From an uncultured Clostridia bacterium (GTDB taxonomy: Bacteria > Bacillota > Clostridia > TANB77 > CAG-508): a DNA stretch of 64,000 bases. Position 1 is the first letter of the stretch. Every line of letters begins with the position of its first letter. Positions 19,501 through 28,892 of this stretch are shown in pieces. The notes under the pieces were generated by a model. It did not search any database, was not told the origin of the DNA, and saw only the letters and a list, made by a program, of their open reading frames with translations. The stretch is taken from contig CALXPS010000002.1 in NCBI GenBank assembly GCA_944390405.1, positions 2,794 to 66,793 of the forward strand, given 5' to 3'. The position numbers and the translations under genes were made by a program.

Positions 19501-19662
19501 GCACTTTCTAGCTAAAAGCAGGAATTATATGTTCTTTTCGAAAGAAAATAATCAAACAGCCTGCTGCTCAACTCGTGACCTGCATAGACCTTTTGATTTT
19601 TTCTTGAGAAAAAACATATAATTTCTACTTTTGGCGGATTATATGTCTTTAAGTCTGAATGC
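19501..19662 (+). repeat. palindromic intergenic repeat, copy B
   Basis: gcactttctagctaaaagcaggaattatatgttcttttcgaaagaaaataatcaaacagcctgctgctcaactcgtgacctgcatagaccttttgattttttcttgagaaaaaacatataatttctacttttggcggattatatgtct... The core is nearly identical to copy C. Confidence 0.85.
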
Positions 19663-19741
19663 TAGTTGGATACATATAAAATTTTGCAAAAAGCCTTGAA
19701 AATTTTGCATTTTATTGATATAAGTATATAGAGGTTTTTAT

Positions 19742-20881
19742 ATGAACAGAAGATTAAATAAAAAGAAAATTATATTAATAATTTGTATAGTTCTAATTAT
19801 AGCTTTAGTTGTTACATTATCTGTATTATACCAAAACAATGTGCAAGTAAGACTTTTTTTGGATGAGTATGTTTTTAGAAAAAATATTACGGAAAATACC
19901 TTACCTAAGATTTCTACTGACAATAGTCATTCATTTGTATTTAATGACCATATTGTTTGTTTGGATAAGAATGTTTTAACTTTTTATAATAAATCTGCTA
20001 ATAAAGTTGATTCGATAGATGTGGAAATTTCTGATCCACTTTTTGCAACTAATGGGAAGTATTTATGTATTGCTGAAAAAAATGGCTCTAAAATTTATTT
20101 AATTTCTGGCAAAAATGTTGTATGGCAAAAAGATGTTGAAGGTCAAATTAGTAATTTGTCTTTAAATAAAAATGGCTATGTTGCTGTTTCTATATCTGGC
20201 ACTACTTATACAACCGTTTGCAGAGTTTATGATGAAAATGGTAATGACTTATTTACTAATTATCTTTCTAAATCATATGTTATAGATTCTGCAATTTCAA
20301 ATGACAATAAATTTTTGGCTTTAGCTGAAACTAATTTCTCTGGCATTGCAATACAATCTAATATAAAAATCATTTCTATTGACAAAGCACTAACTAATAG
20401 TAGTGATACAATCCAGTATAGTTATTCTGCTCCGATAGGTGACTTTGTTATTAATATAGAATATTCTGCTAATGATGATTTAGTATGCTTATATGATAAC
20501 CATATAGATATTGTTAAAGATAATTCTGTTTCTGAAATTACGTCTTTTAATAATTCTAATATCCTATTTGCAGATATAAACAATAAGTTGATACAGATTG
20601 AAAAGCGTAATACTGGTATGCTTTCTTCTGAATTTGAATTGCAAATTATAGACATTTCTACTCTTGAAAGGAAAGTATATGCATTAGATAAAGAGCCAAA
20701 GTCTCTTGAAGTTTTCGGGAATGTGATTGCTGTTAATTTCGGAACTGAAGTCCTTTTCATTAATAATTCTGGTTGGCTAATAAAAAATTATACATCTTCT
20801 CAAGAAATACAATCTATAATACTTTCTAATAATTTAGCTGGAATTGTTTTTAATGACAAAGTAGAAATTCTTGACTTATAA
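19742..20881 (+). CDS. membrane-anchored hypothetical protein (beta-propeller-like repeats suspected)
   Basis: 379 aa with an N-terminal TM helix. No motif recognised. Confidence 0.55.
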   Translation: MNRRLNKKKIILIICIVLIIALVVTLSVLYQNNVQVRLFLDEYVFRKNITENTLPKISTDNSHSFVFNDHIVCLDKNVLTFYNKSANKVDSIDVEISDPLFATNGKYLCIAEKNGSKIYLISGKNVVWQKDVEGQISNLSLNKNGYVAVSISGTTYTTVCRVYDENGNDLFTNYLSKSYVIDSAISNDNKFLALAETNFSGIAIQSNIKIISIDKALTNSSDTIQYSYSAPIGDFVINIEYSANDDLVCLYDNHIDIVKDNSVSEITSFNNSNILFADINNKLIQIEKRNTGMLSSEFELQIIDISTLERKVYALDKEPKSLEVFGNVIAVNFGTEVLFINNSGWLIKNYTSSQEIQSIILSNNLAGIVFNDKVEILDL

Positions 20882-20944
20882 ATTATATATATTTTTAATA
20901 GTTAGCAATTAAATTATATTTAATTTTTGGGGAGGTGATATATT

Positions 20945-21565
20945 ATGTCTCTAATTATTGATTTAATTATTGTGGCAATTATTCTTTTATTTACTTTTTT
21001 AGGATATAAGCGCGGTCTTATAAAAGTTGCTATTAAATTATGTACTTTTATTATTGCAATTATTGTAGCTTTTGTACTTTATAAGCCTATATCTAATGTA
21101 GTTATAGAAAATACAGGTATAGATGAATCTATTGAAACTGCAATAACTGATAGGATTTTGCCTGAAGGAGCTTCTGTTGACGAAGAAGTAGAATTATCTA
21201 ATGATTTGCCTAGTGTTATATTAAAAAATGGTGAAAATACTGTACAAAGTATTGCTACATCTTTTAGTAATACAATAATTGAAGCTGTTTGTTTCTTTAT
21301 TATTTTTATTGCTGTTAAAATTATTCTTAAGTTTATTACGGCATTAGCAGATTTGATAGCAAAATTACCTATTTTAAAACAATTTAATGCATTAGGTGGA
21401 ACTATCTATGGAGTTTTAGAAGGATTATTTCTTGTATTTGTAGGTTTTGCAATTATTTCTTTAATTGCACCTTTAATAGATGTTTCTATTTTAGAAGCAA
21501 TAAATTCTTCTACATTAGGTTCTATTTTCTATAATAACAATATTTTACTTAACTTTATTATATAA
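20945..21565 (+). CDS. CvpA-family membrane protein
   Basis: 206 aa. N-terminus IIDLIIVAIILLFTFLGYKRGLIK is typical of CvpA. Four TM segments. Confidence 0.7.
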   Translation: MSLIIDLIIVAIILLFTFLGYKRGLIKVAIKLCTFIIAIIVAFVLYKPISNVVIENTGIDESIETAITDRILPEGASVDEEVELSNDLPSVILKNGENTVQSIATSFSNTIIEAVCFFIIFIAVKIILKFITALADLIAKLPILKQFNALGGTIYGVLEGLFLVFVGFAIISLIAPLIDVSILEAINSSTLGSIFYNNNILLNFII

Positions 21566-21572
21566 ATAGAAG

Positions 21573-21601
21573 CCTCCAATCGTTATGTATTGGAGGTTTT
21601 T
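21573..21601 (+). terminator. rho-independent terminator
   Basis: CCTCCAAT-cgttatgt-ATTGGAGG followed by TTTTT. Confidence 0.7.
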
Positions 21602-21612
21602 AGAATTTATTA

Positions 21613-22008
21613 CTATTCATTTGTTTTTGTTTTATTTTTTTCTGCTGTAGTTTTTTTATTTTTAATATAATCACTCCACTTATCTATATAATATCTACGA
21701 ATTATTGCTAAATTTGTAAACATTCTTCCTACAAAAACTACTATTGCAGCTAAATATATATCTACATTTAATTTAACTCCTAACCATGTTAAAAGTATTG
21801 ATAATACCGCATTTCCAAAAAATCCTGATATAAATATTTTTATATCAAAATTTCCTTTCAGTACTGAAGTTATTCCTCCAAATACTGAGTCTAATGCTGC
21901 TATAATTGCTATTGCTAAATATCCAGAATATGTATATGAAATTACTGGACCATTCACTCCTATTATTGCTCCCAAGATACATCCTACTAATATTGCTATT
22001 ACTACCAT
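21613..22008 (-). CDS. small basic protein (Sbp/DUF1290-like)
   Basis: Membrane protein lying between or after the DUF881 genes, as in Firmicute division clusters. The ATG at 22008 follows a GGGAGGGAGA RBS. Confidence 0.6.
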   Translation of the reverse strand: MVVIAILVGCILGAIIGVNGPVISYTYSGYLAIAIIAALDSVFGGITSVLKGNFDIKIFISGFFGNAVLSILLTWLGVKLNVDIYLAAIVVFVGRMFTNLAIIRRYYIDKWSDYIKNKKTTAEKNKTKTNE

Positions 22009-22009
22009 A

Positions 22010-22708
22010 TTATTCTCCCTCCCTAACATATTCAAATTCTAAGCTTTTATTATGTGCAGCTATTGTTATACTTGCTTCTCTACTTAATGCTACTTGCTTT
22101 CCTTCTGCTGTCTGTGTATCTATATATCCATAATTCTTTTGAGCAACAGCACTTTCCAAATAACTAGTATTGCCAATTGCTTTTACAGTAAATGGTGAAA
22201 CTATTCTTTCTCCATTTACTGTTATATAATTTCCAGCCAAATCTACTATATAGCTATCATATACTATTCTTTGTTCGTTTATTGAAATAGCTTCTGCCCC
22301 TGCGTTTTTTAATAAATTAACTAATTCTAATAAATCCTCTGCATATACTTTATTTGTTCCAGAATTAGCTAATGTAATTATTATTCCTTCGCCTGTAACA
22401 CTATTTTTCCCTAACAAATCATCTGTTTCTTTTAATTCTTGTTGTAGTAACTCAGATGCTTCTTTGCCTTCTAGTGCAGATGCTTCATATTCCAATATTT
22501 TTTCATTAGTCTCTTCTATTTTTGCTATTGTTTCATCATATCTTGTTTTTAATGATGTTATTTCTGTTTTAAGTTCACTTTCTCTCATTATTTCTAATTC
22601 TGATATATCTGTTTGACTTATTGTTTTTACTTGCATAAATATTAATGCAGTAAGTATAAAGCACATTATACCAATTGTAATTGTAACTATAATTTTACCT
22701 TTTTTCAT
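22010..22708 (-). CDS. DUF881-family division-cluster protein
   Basis: TM helix, coiled coil, then the C-terminal signature GEGIIITL...AEDLLELVNLLKNAGAEAISINEQRIV. Confidence 0.7.
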   Translation of the reverse strand: MKKGKIIVTITIGIMCFILTALIFMQVKTISQTDISELEIMRESELKTEITSLKTRYDETIAKIEETNEKILEYEASALEGKEASELLQQELKETDDLLGKNSVTGEGIIITLANSGTNKVYAEDLLELVNLLKNAGAEAISINEQRIVYDSYIVDLAGNYITVNGERIVSPFTVKAIGNTSYLESAVAQKNYGYIDTQTAEGKQVALSREASITIAAHNKSLEFEYVREGE

Positions 22709-22726
22709 GTCTTATTTGTCCCTCCT

Positions 22727-23440
22727 TTATTGTTCTGTTTGTATATACTCATATTTATATACTCCCTCATATTTTGGTATCGTAATATCATCACTCTCTT
22801 CCATTTCAACTATTACTCCTCCACTTGCCATTAAAGATAAATATCCGCCTTTTCTTTTCAAATTATATAAGGCTTGTGGGTAACATATTGCTTTTATTTC
22901 AATTGGTACACCTACTATTTCGTCATTTATTCTTATAATATTTCCATCACAAAGTATTGATGTTGTATTTACTATTCTTTTTCCATTTATTGATATTGCA
23001 TCTGCTCCTGCATTATAAAGTTCATTTATAATATGTATTAAATCTCCTTCATGTACTAGATAAGAATTTAAATCAATTATATCTTCTTCTTTTACTTCTC
23101 TGTTTTCATCTAATCTTATAATTACTCCGCTTCCTTTTACTTCTGTTAATCCTAATAATTCATTATTCTTTTTAATTTGATTTTCTACCTCTGTATCAAC
23201 TGTATTATTGGTAGCTGCTTGTGTTCTTGCTTCTTCTAGCCTTTGTTCTGCATCTTCTAGTTGATTATATGCGTCTCTGTATGCTTGTCTCCATTTCAAT
23301 ACCTCATTTTTTAGTTCTGCATTATCATTTAAAGAAATTCCTTCTTCATTTGTTATGCTTTCTACTGTTTTTATTTGTATAAAAATTGCTATTGTTAGAA
23401 TTAAGCATACCGTTCCTAATACTATTGCTGTTTTTTTCAT
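22727..23440 (-). CDS. DUF881-family division-cluster protein (paralogue)
   Basis: Same architecture: GSGVIIRL...LIHIINELYNAGADAISINGKRIV. Confidence 0.7.
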   Translation of the reverse strand: MKKTAIVLGTVCLILTIAIFIQIKTVESITNEEGISLNDNAELKNEVLKWRQAYRDAYNQLEDAEQRLEEARTQAATNNTVDTEVENQIKKNNELLGLTEVKGSGVIIRLDENREVKEEDIIDLNSYLVHEGDLIHIINELYNAGADAISINGKRIVNTTSILCDGNIIRINDEIVGVPIEIKAICYPQALYNLKRKGGYLSLMASGGVIVEMEESDDITIPKYEGVYKYEYIQTEQ

Positions 23441-23443
23441 TTA

Positions 23444-24271
23444 TTACACCTTCTCCCTAAAATATACTTTTTTTATATCTGGAACATTTAGTACTATTTC
23501 ACCTGCTATTCCTTTTTCTTTTTCTACTAAAGCTACTATCCATAATATTTTTACATTAATATCTGTTCCATCTCCAAATTGTACAGTTTTATTTTCATTT
23601 GGTATTTCTAATATAAAGTTGTTCCCATCTGAGATATCTATTGTTGTTATAATCTCATTTATCCCATTACTTTTAGCAGCTTCCATTATTTGTATTACTG
23701 TATCTAATTTTTTTAAATCATCTACTTCTAACCTTCCCCCTGGAGTTAATTCTTGAGTTTTATTACCTCTAATAATTGGCAAATCCAATGGTGTTTGTGA
23801 AATTTCTAAAATATATCCTTGATTGTTAATATATACATAATCATTTTCTCTTTGTAACATATATGTAGGCGTTCTTTCTTTGATATCTAAAATTATTTCT
23901 CCATCTAATTTTTTTGTTATTTTTACATCTTCTATATATGGATTTTTCTTTATATTTTCTCTTATTGTTGTGTTTAGTGTTTTAAACATATTATTTCCTA
24001 CAGCTAGAGTAGAATTTTTAATAATTTCTTCTGTAGTGATTTTAGAATTGTTTATTACAGTAATCTTTTTTATATTAAATAAACCTGAAAATAGAATTAA
24101 AACTAATATACTTAATAATATAATGATTAAACTAATAACAGTAATGATTCGTTTTCTTCTTTGCATGTTTTTTTTCTTTTTTTGAGGTCTCTTTTTTACT
24201 GTTTTTTTTATGTTTTTATTTGTATTTTTTTTTGTTTTGTCCTGTTTATTAGTTTTAACTTCTGGTTTCAC
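23444..24271 (-). CDS. ftsQ: cell division protein FtsQ/DivIB (POTRA domain)
   Basis: Basic N-terminus, TM helix, then a POTRA-like FNIKKITVINNSKITTEEII. I prefer the GTG at 24271, 6 nt after AGGAGG; the track start is 24313. Confidence 0.7.
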   Translation of the reverse strand: MKPEVKTNKQDKTKKNTNKNIKKTVKKRPQKKKKNMQRRKRIITVISLIIILLSILVLILFSGLFNIKKITVINNSKITTEEIIKNSTLAVGNNMFKTLNTTIRENIKKNPYIEDVKITKKLDGEIILDIKERTPTYMLQRENDYVYINNQGYILEISQTPLDLPIIRGNKTQELTPGGRLEVDDLKKLDTVIQIMEAAKSNGINEIITTIDISDGNNFILEIPNENKTVQFGDGTDINVKILWIVALVEKEKGIAGEIVLNVPDIKKVYFREKV

Positions 24272-24410
24272 GGATTTCCTCCTTTCATAATTATTAGTCC
24301 ATAAAAATAACATTAACTATAATTAGTCAATGTTATTTTATAATATTTAGCTTAAAATTTCAATGTATTTATAGATTTTTAATTAATTTTTTTGTTACTA
24401 TGTACTCTAA

Positions 24411-24570
24411 GCACTTTGTAGCTAAAAGCAGGAATTATATGTTCTTTTCGAAAGAAAATAATCAAACAGCCTGCTGCTCAACTCGTGACCTGCATAGACC
24501 TTTTGATTTTTTCTTGAGAAAAAACATATAATTCCTGCTTTTAGCGGATTATATGTCTGTAAGTCCGCTT
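24411..24570 (+). repeat. palindromic intergenic repeat, copy C
   Basis: gcactttgtagctaaaagcagg...cctgcttttagcggattatatgtctgtaagtccgct. Perfect outer stem aaaagcaggaattatatgtt / aacatataattcctgctttt. Confidence 0.85.
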
Positions 24571-24587
24571 AGGCCTCATCGGATATT

Positions 24588-25841
24588 TTATATTTGTTGC
24601 AACTTTATTTTTGCTCCTAGTTTTGTGAGTTTTTTGTCTAAATTTTCATAGCCCCTTAATATATATTCTATATTATTTATTGTACTTTCTCCCTTTGCTG
24701 CAAGTGCTGCTGTGCACATTGCTGCACCTCCTCTTAAGTCTGTTGAATTTACTTGTGCTGAAGTTAGTTTTCTTACTCCTTTTATTATTGCAACTTTGCC
24801 TTCTACTGTTATTTTTGCACCCATTCTCCTTAGTTCATTTACATATTTGTATCTATTTTCGAATATATTTTCCACAACCATTGAGCTTCCTTTTGCTACA
24901 CTTAGCATGCTTGCAAATATTGATTGTAAGTCTGTTGGGAATCCTGGATATGGCATTGTTTTTATATCAACTGCTTTTAATCTCTTTGGGCTTTTTATTG
25001 CTATTTTGTTTTTATCTAATAGTATTTTTGCACCTGCTTCTTCTAGTTTATGTATGACTGGATTTATATGCTCTATTTTTACATTATTTACTAAAACTTC
25101 TCCCCCTGTAATAGCAGCCATACATAATAGTGTTCCTGCTTCAATTCTATCTGGCATTACATTATAGCTTACATCTTTTAAGTTTTTCACTCCTGTTATT
25201 TTTATAACATTTGTTCCTGCTCCTTTTACTTTAGCTCCCATTTTGTTTAGGAAATTTTGAAGGTCAACTATTTCTGGCTCCATTGCTGCATTTGTTATAA
25301 TTGTTTCTCCTTCTGCAAATACTGATGCTAATATTATATTTTCTGTTGCCCCAACAGATGGAAAATCGAGATGTATATTATTACCAATTATTTTATCACA
25401 TGAACATTTAATAATTCCTCCGTCCTCTTCTATATTTATTCCGAGTTTTTGAAATCCTTTTAAATGTAAATCTATTGGTCTGCTACCAATATCACATCCT
25501 CCTGGATATGAAAATATTGCATTCTTAAATCTTCCAATAAGTGCTCCTGCGAGCACTACTGAGGACCTCATTTTTCTCATTTGTTCATCTGGGATTTCTT
25601 GTGATTTTATATCTTTAGAGTTTATAATTATTTTTCCATTTTTTTTATTAACTCTACAGCCTAGAAGTTGTAATATCTTTTGTGTTGTTTTTGTATCATA
25701 TATATTTGGTACATTATATAAAGTTGTTGTTTTTCCACTTAAGATACTCGCCGCCATTATAGGAAGAGATGCATTCTTTGAACCTGATACATTTATTTCT
25801 CCTTCTAGCTTATTTCCTCCCTCTATTATGTAACTTGACAT
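24588..25841 (-). CDS. murA: UDP-N-acetylglucosamine 1-carboxyvinyltransferase
   Basis: 417 aa. GGNKLEGEINVSGSKNASLPIMAASIL ... YPGGCDIGSRPIDLHL ... PYPGFPTDLQ. Confidence 0.95.
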   Translation of the reverse strand: MSSYIIEGGNKLEGEINVSGSKNASLPIMAASILSGKTTTLYNVPNIYDTKTTQKILQLLGCRVNKKNGKIIINSKDIKSQEIPDEQMRKMRSSVVLAGALIGRFKNAIFSYPGGCDIGSRPIDLHLKGFQKLGINIEEDGGIIKCSCDKIIGNNIHLDFPSVGATENIILASVFAEGETIITNAAMEPEIVDLQNFLNKMGAKVKGAGTNVIKITGVKNLKDVSYNVMPDRIEAGTLLCMAAITGGEVLVNNVKIEHINPVIHKLEEAGAKILLDKNKIAIKSPKRLKAVDIKTMPYPGFPTDLQSIFASMLSVAKGSSMVVENIFENRYKYVNELRRMGAKITVEGKVAIIKGVRKLTSAQVNSTDLRGGAAMCTAALAAKGESTINNIEYILRGYENLDKKLTKLGAKIKLQQI

Positions 25842-25894
25842 TTTTTACTCCTCCTTTATTTATTATATATTATGCAAACTTCATAAAGAAGGTT

Positions 25895-25941
25895 AAAAGT
25901 TCTAAAATTTTAGTAGAAAAAACTAAAATTTTAGAACTTTT
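25895..25941 (-). terminator. long perfect hairpin downstream of the dinD-like gene
   Basis: AAAAGTTCTAAAATTTTAG-tagaaaaaa-CTAAAATTTTAGAACTTTT. Confidence 0.5.
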
Positions 25942-25944
25942 ATT

Positions 25945-25983
25945 ATAGTAACAAAAACTATATTAAGAATTACAAAAAAGAAA
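25945..25983 (+). repeat. 39-bp direct repeat, left copy (flanks the dinD cassette)
   Basis: atagtaacaaaaactatattaagaattacaaaaaagaaa, identical to 27002-27040. Confidence 0.85.
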
Positions 25984-26006
25984 AACTTTGGAATTTCACC
26001 ACGTGT

Positions 26007-26852
26007 CTATTTTAACTTCTTTCTAACATTTGATTTTAGTTCTTTTTGTTTCTCTTTTTCAATTTGTTTTGCACTTTTACTTGGTGTTGGTAAATCCTCT
26101 GGCATAGTACCACCAATTCTTTTTATAGTTTGTCTAACAGCTTGTCCAACATTATGGTGAGTAATACATGCGTCATCTTCATTATTTATATTCTTATTTT
26201 TCAAGACCTCATCTGTTTGTGTAATTCTAAATAAATTAGCTGCTAGTTCTGTACTGCTCATATAATCTAATATATCTTCTTTTTCTGATATTCCTTTTCT
26301 ATTTGCAATATCTTTAGCTGTTTCTCCATTATATAGTCCTCTATATCCATAATTATTAAATTTCCCGTAATTTTTAACACCTGCTAATTTTGCTGTATTG
26401 AATAGATATTTATTTTTATCTTTTACATTTTTTCTAGTATATAATCTTTTCTCATCTTCACTTAATTGTTCATATTCTTGTCTTGTTATTTCTTGTTTCC
26501 TAGTTTGTACTGCAAAATAAGTTTGTGCTAATGCTATTGCTTTTTTTCTACTGTCTCCATTTTGTGCAATTAAATAGCATGCATATCTAGTTAGTTTGAA
26601 ATCGTCAATTTTCTTATCTGCAACTCCTGCTTTTACCATTTTGCCGACATCGGCAAAATGGTCTATTATATTGATATTACTGTTTTTGCAAGATTCTTTT
26701 GCTTTGTCAATTACTTTAACAAAATTTCCCCACTTACTATATTCCAACATTGTCATTAGTTCTCTAGCATACCAAAATTCTACCCCATTCTCATCTATAT
26801 GTTTAATGCTTTCAAAGTCTTTCTCTGTTTTATTTACTAAATCATTTGCCAT
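26007..26852 (-). CDS. dinD: DNA damage-inducible protein D (DinD-like)
   Basis: [43 protein letters not shown]...[11 protein letters not shown]. The ATG at 26852 follows AAGGAG. Confidence 0.7.
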   Translation of the reverse strand: MANDLVNKTEKDFESIKHIDENGVEFWYARELMTMLEYSKWGNFVKVIDKAKESCKNSNINIIDHFADVGKMVKAGVADKKIDDFKLTRYACYLIAQNGDSRKKAIALAQTYFAVQTRKQEITRQEYEQLSEDEKRLYTRKNVKDKNKYLFNTAKLAGVKNYGKFNNYGYRGLYNGETAKDIANRKGISEKEDILDYMSSTELAANLFRITQTDEVLKNKNINNEDDACITHHNVGQAVRQTIKRIGGTMPEDLPTPSKSAKQIEKEKQKELKSNVRKKLK

Positions 26853-27001
26853 ATATCTCATCTCCTTTTTTTAACTGTTTGGAAATTCCAAGCAGTAAAC
26901 CTCGCTTTTATTTCTTCTATTTATATCATACTTCTGGGCCTTTTTCAACATGTTTGCGAAAATTTGTTCTTTTTTATTGTTCAAACTTTGTATTTTTTAT
27001 G

Positions 27002-27040
27002 ATAGTAACAAAAACTATATTAAGAATTACAAAAAAGAAA
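27002..27040 (+). repeat. 39-bp direct repeat, right copy
   Basis: Identical to 25945-25983. Overlaps the T-tail of the terminator of the 27118 gene. Confidence 0.85.
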
Positions 27041-27117
27041 GAGAAACTCTGAGATTTCAAAGTTCTCTCCTTCTAGACTTATGCTCTTCACATGATACTA
27101 CTAATATTTTAATATTC

Positions 27118-27738
27118 TCACTGCCAATTATCATTAAACATATTTTTCAAATACTTACTATTAAATGTACTATCTAAAAATCTTTCGTATCCATTATTTG
27201 GCGGAATTCCTTTATCGGCATTACGGGCTCTACTAACAGCACTAATAGTTAGAAGAATATCTAACAATAGAAATATGCTTAAGCAAACTATAAGAATTTT
27301 ATATATTTTTGGATTAATTTTATTAAGTATCTTATCAAATTGTGGATATAAAATTTTTATCCATAAAATTCCTAGAAATCCCCAGAATATAGAGAATAGT
27401 AGGCAAATACGTCCGTTAATATTTAAAAAATTATCAGAATAATCCCATGCCGTAAAGCCTAAAACTAATTCCATTCCCCAACTCATAATATATTCTAAGA
27501 TAGAACCCCCAATAAAACTTAATAAAAATATTTTTAAATAAGATTCATCTTTAAATTTATATAATAGCAATGTAAGAGCAACTCCACAAATACCATATGC
27601 AAAATTGAATGGTCCAATTACTACAGCCGAATGATTTATAAATATACCTTTTGTCACCAATGACCAAATTAATTCAATAAAATAGCCACATATACTAGAT
27701 ATTATAAAAATATACAATAATTTATATAATTTTTTCAT
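27118..27738 (-). CDS. polytopic membrane protein (putative ABC-transporter type IV / DUF1113-like)
   Basis: 206 aa, 5-6 TM segments, N-terminus ICGYFIELIWS. Confidence 0.55.
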   Translation of the reverse strand: MKKLYKLLYIFIISSICGYFIELIWSLVTKGIFINHSAVVIGPFNFAYGICGVALTLLLYKFKDESYLKIFLLSFIGGSILEYIMSWGMELVLGFTAWDYSDNFLNINGRICLLFSIFWGFLGILWIKILYPQFDKILNKINPKIYKILIVCLSIFLLLDILLTISAVSRARNADKGIPPNNGYERFLDSTFNSKYLKNMFNDNWQ

Positions 27739-27837
27739 TTTCTTCTCCTAATTATTAATTAATTATAGGAGAAGTGCTTATTAAAGCCCCCTCCTATATT
27801 GCTTTTGCCAGAATTATTAGCTGAACTGCGGGCAGTC

Positions 27838-28443
27838 TTAAATATCCCTTACAACTAATGGCACTGTGTTGAAAACTATATAATTGTTTTTGTAGCTGTA
27901 AGTTTCTACATCAGATGCAGGAATGTTAACTCCAATTTTGCTTGAACCTCCAATACGCCTTATTTTACCATTTTGCCATTTTACTAATCTATACCAATTA
28001 GCAGTATCAGGCCTATTGCATATATCTTTCCACGTGTGTCCATTGGTAATTCTTTGTGCCCACTCCAATGCTTGTTCTACCCAATTTGCCATGTGTCCAC
28101 CTAAAGTATCTGCAATTTCTTCAATTTCCTTAACAGTTTTTACCTTCCATGTTTTTTCTGGTATTGTAGTTACAAATGGTTTGCCATATTTTTCTGGGTT
28201 GCTCTTTACTAATAATAATGCTTGAATGATAATTTGCCGAGTTATTTCTTGTTGCTCATCACTCCTCTTGTCTGTAAAGAGATTGTAGTCAATATTTTTA
28301 GGTGTTACTTTGAAGTATCTACCTTCTGCTGGAGTTGATACAAATTGAGTTATTGCACTCCTTCTTTTTAAAGTCGCAATTGTTGTATTTTGTTTACTTG
28401 GTGCAACCTTTTTCTGCCCATCTACTGGCAAAGCTGTCTTCAT
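27838..28443 (-). CDS. hypothetical protein, foreign-looking. Contains the only in-frame CGG in the window that does not shift frame.
   Basis: 201-aa ORF with RBS GGAGG. Visibly less AT-rich than its neighbours. Codon 69 is CGG followed by C (28239..28237), and the ORF continues in the zero frame for about 130 more codons. Confidence 0.6.
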   Translation of the reverse strand: MKTALPVDGQKKVAPSKQNTTIATLKRRSAITQFVSTPAEGRYFKVTPKNIDYNLFTDKRSDEQQEITRQIIIQALLLVKSNPEKYGKPFVTTIPEKTWKVKTVKEIEEIADTLGGHMANWVEQALEWAQRITNGHTWKDICNRPDTANWYRLVKWQNGKIRRIGGSSKIGVNIPASDVETYSYKNNYIVFNTVPLVVRDI

Positions 28444-28495
28444 GCCTGATTTCCTCCGGTTATTAAAAATTTAGAGCAAATCGCCCATTAATAGT

Positions 28496-28524
28496 ATTGT
28501 AGCATAATTCTACAAAATTTTCAA
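28496..28524 (-). promoter_or_regulatory. sigma-A type promoter for the 27838..28443 gene, flanked by palindromic CTATTAATAG-like boxes
   Basis: Minus sense: TTGAAA (28524..28519), 17 nt, TACAAT (28501..28496). The palindrome ctattaatag lies at about 28548-28557, and actattaatgg lies just downstream of the -10. Confidence 0.5.
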
Positions 28525-28671
28525 ATTAGTTGCATATATTAGGTCTCTATTAATAGTCTTGACAACAAATTTGACACACCAAACTATCAAAAATAGTTAA
28601 AATGTTTAAAATATTTAATAAATTTTTGTTAAAATAAAACCGCTATATCCTTTGATATAACGGTTTTTGCT

Positions 28672-28748
<77 letters not shown>

Positions 28749-28892
28749 ATTTCGGACATATAAAATAATACCATATTTTTATAAAATAGTCAATATTTTT
28801 CTTGAAATTAGTTGAATTTTTTCGTTTTCTTTGGTATACTAATATTTGCATTATTAATTTTTATTTTATGAGAAAGGATTGATGATTTTTTT

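Noticed and set aside
19528-19620. A 30-codon ORF inside the palindromic repeat (MFFSKENNQTACCSTRDLHRPFDFFLRKNI), preceded by AGGAAT in copies B, C and D. It could be a small peptide or toxin gene.
   Set aside because: Copy A has a 1-nt length difference right after the ATG, which puts the rest in a different frame. Most of the ORF is simply one arm plus the loop of the hairpin. The compensatory changes fit RNA/DNA structure, not coding constraint.
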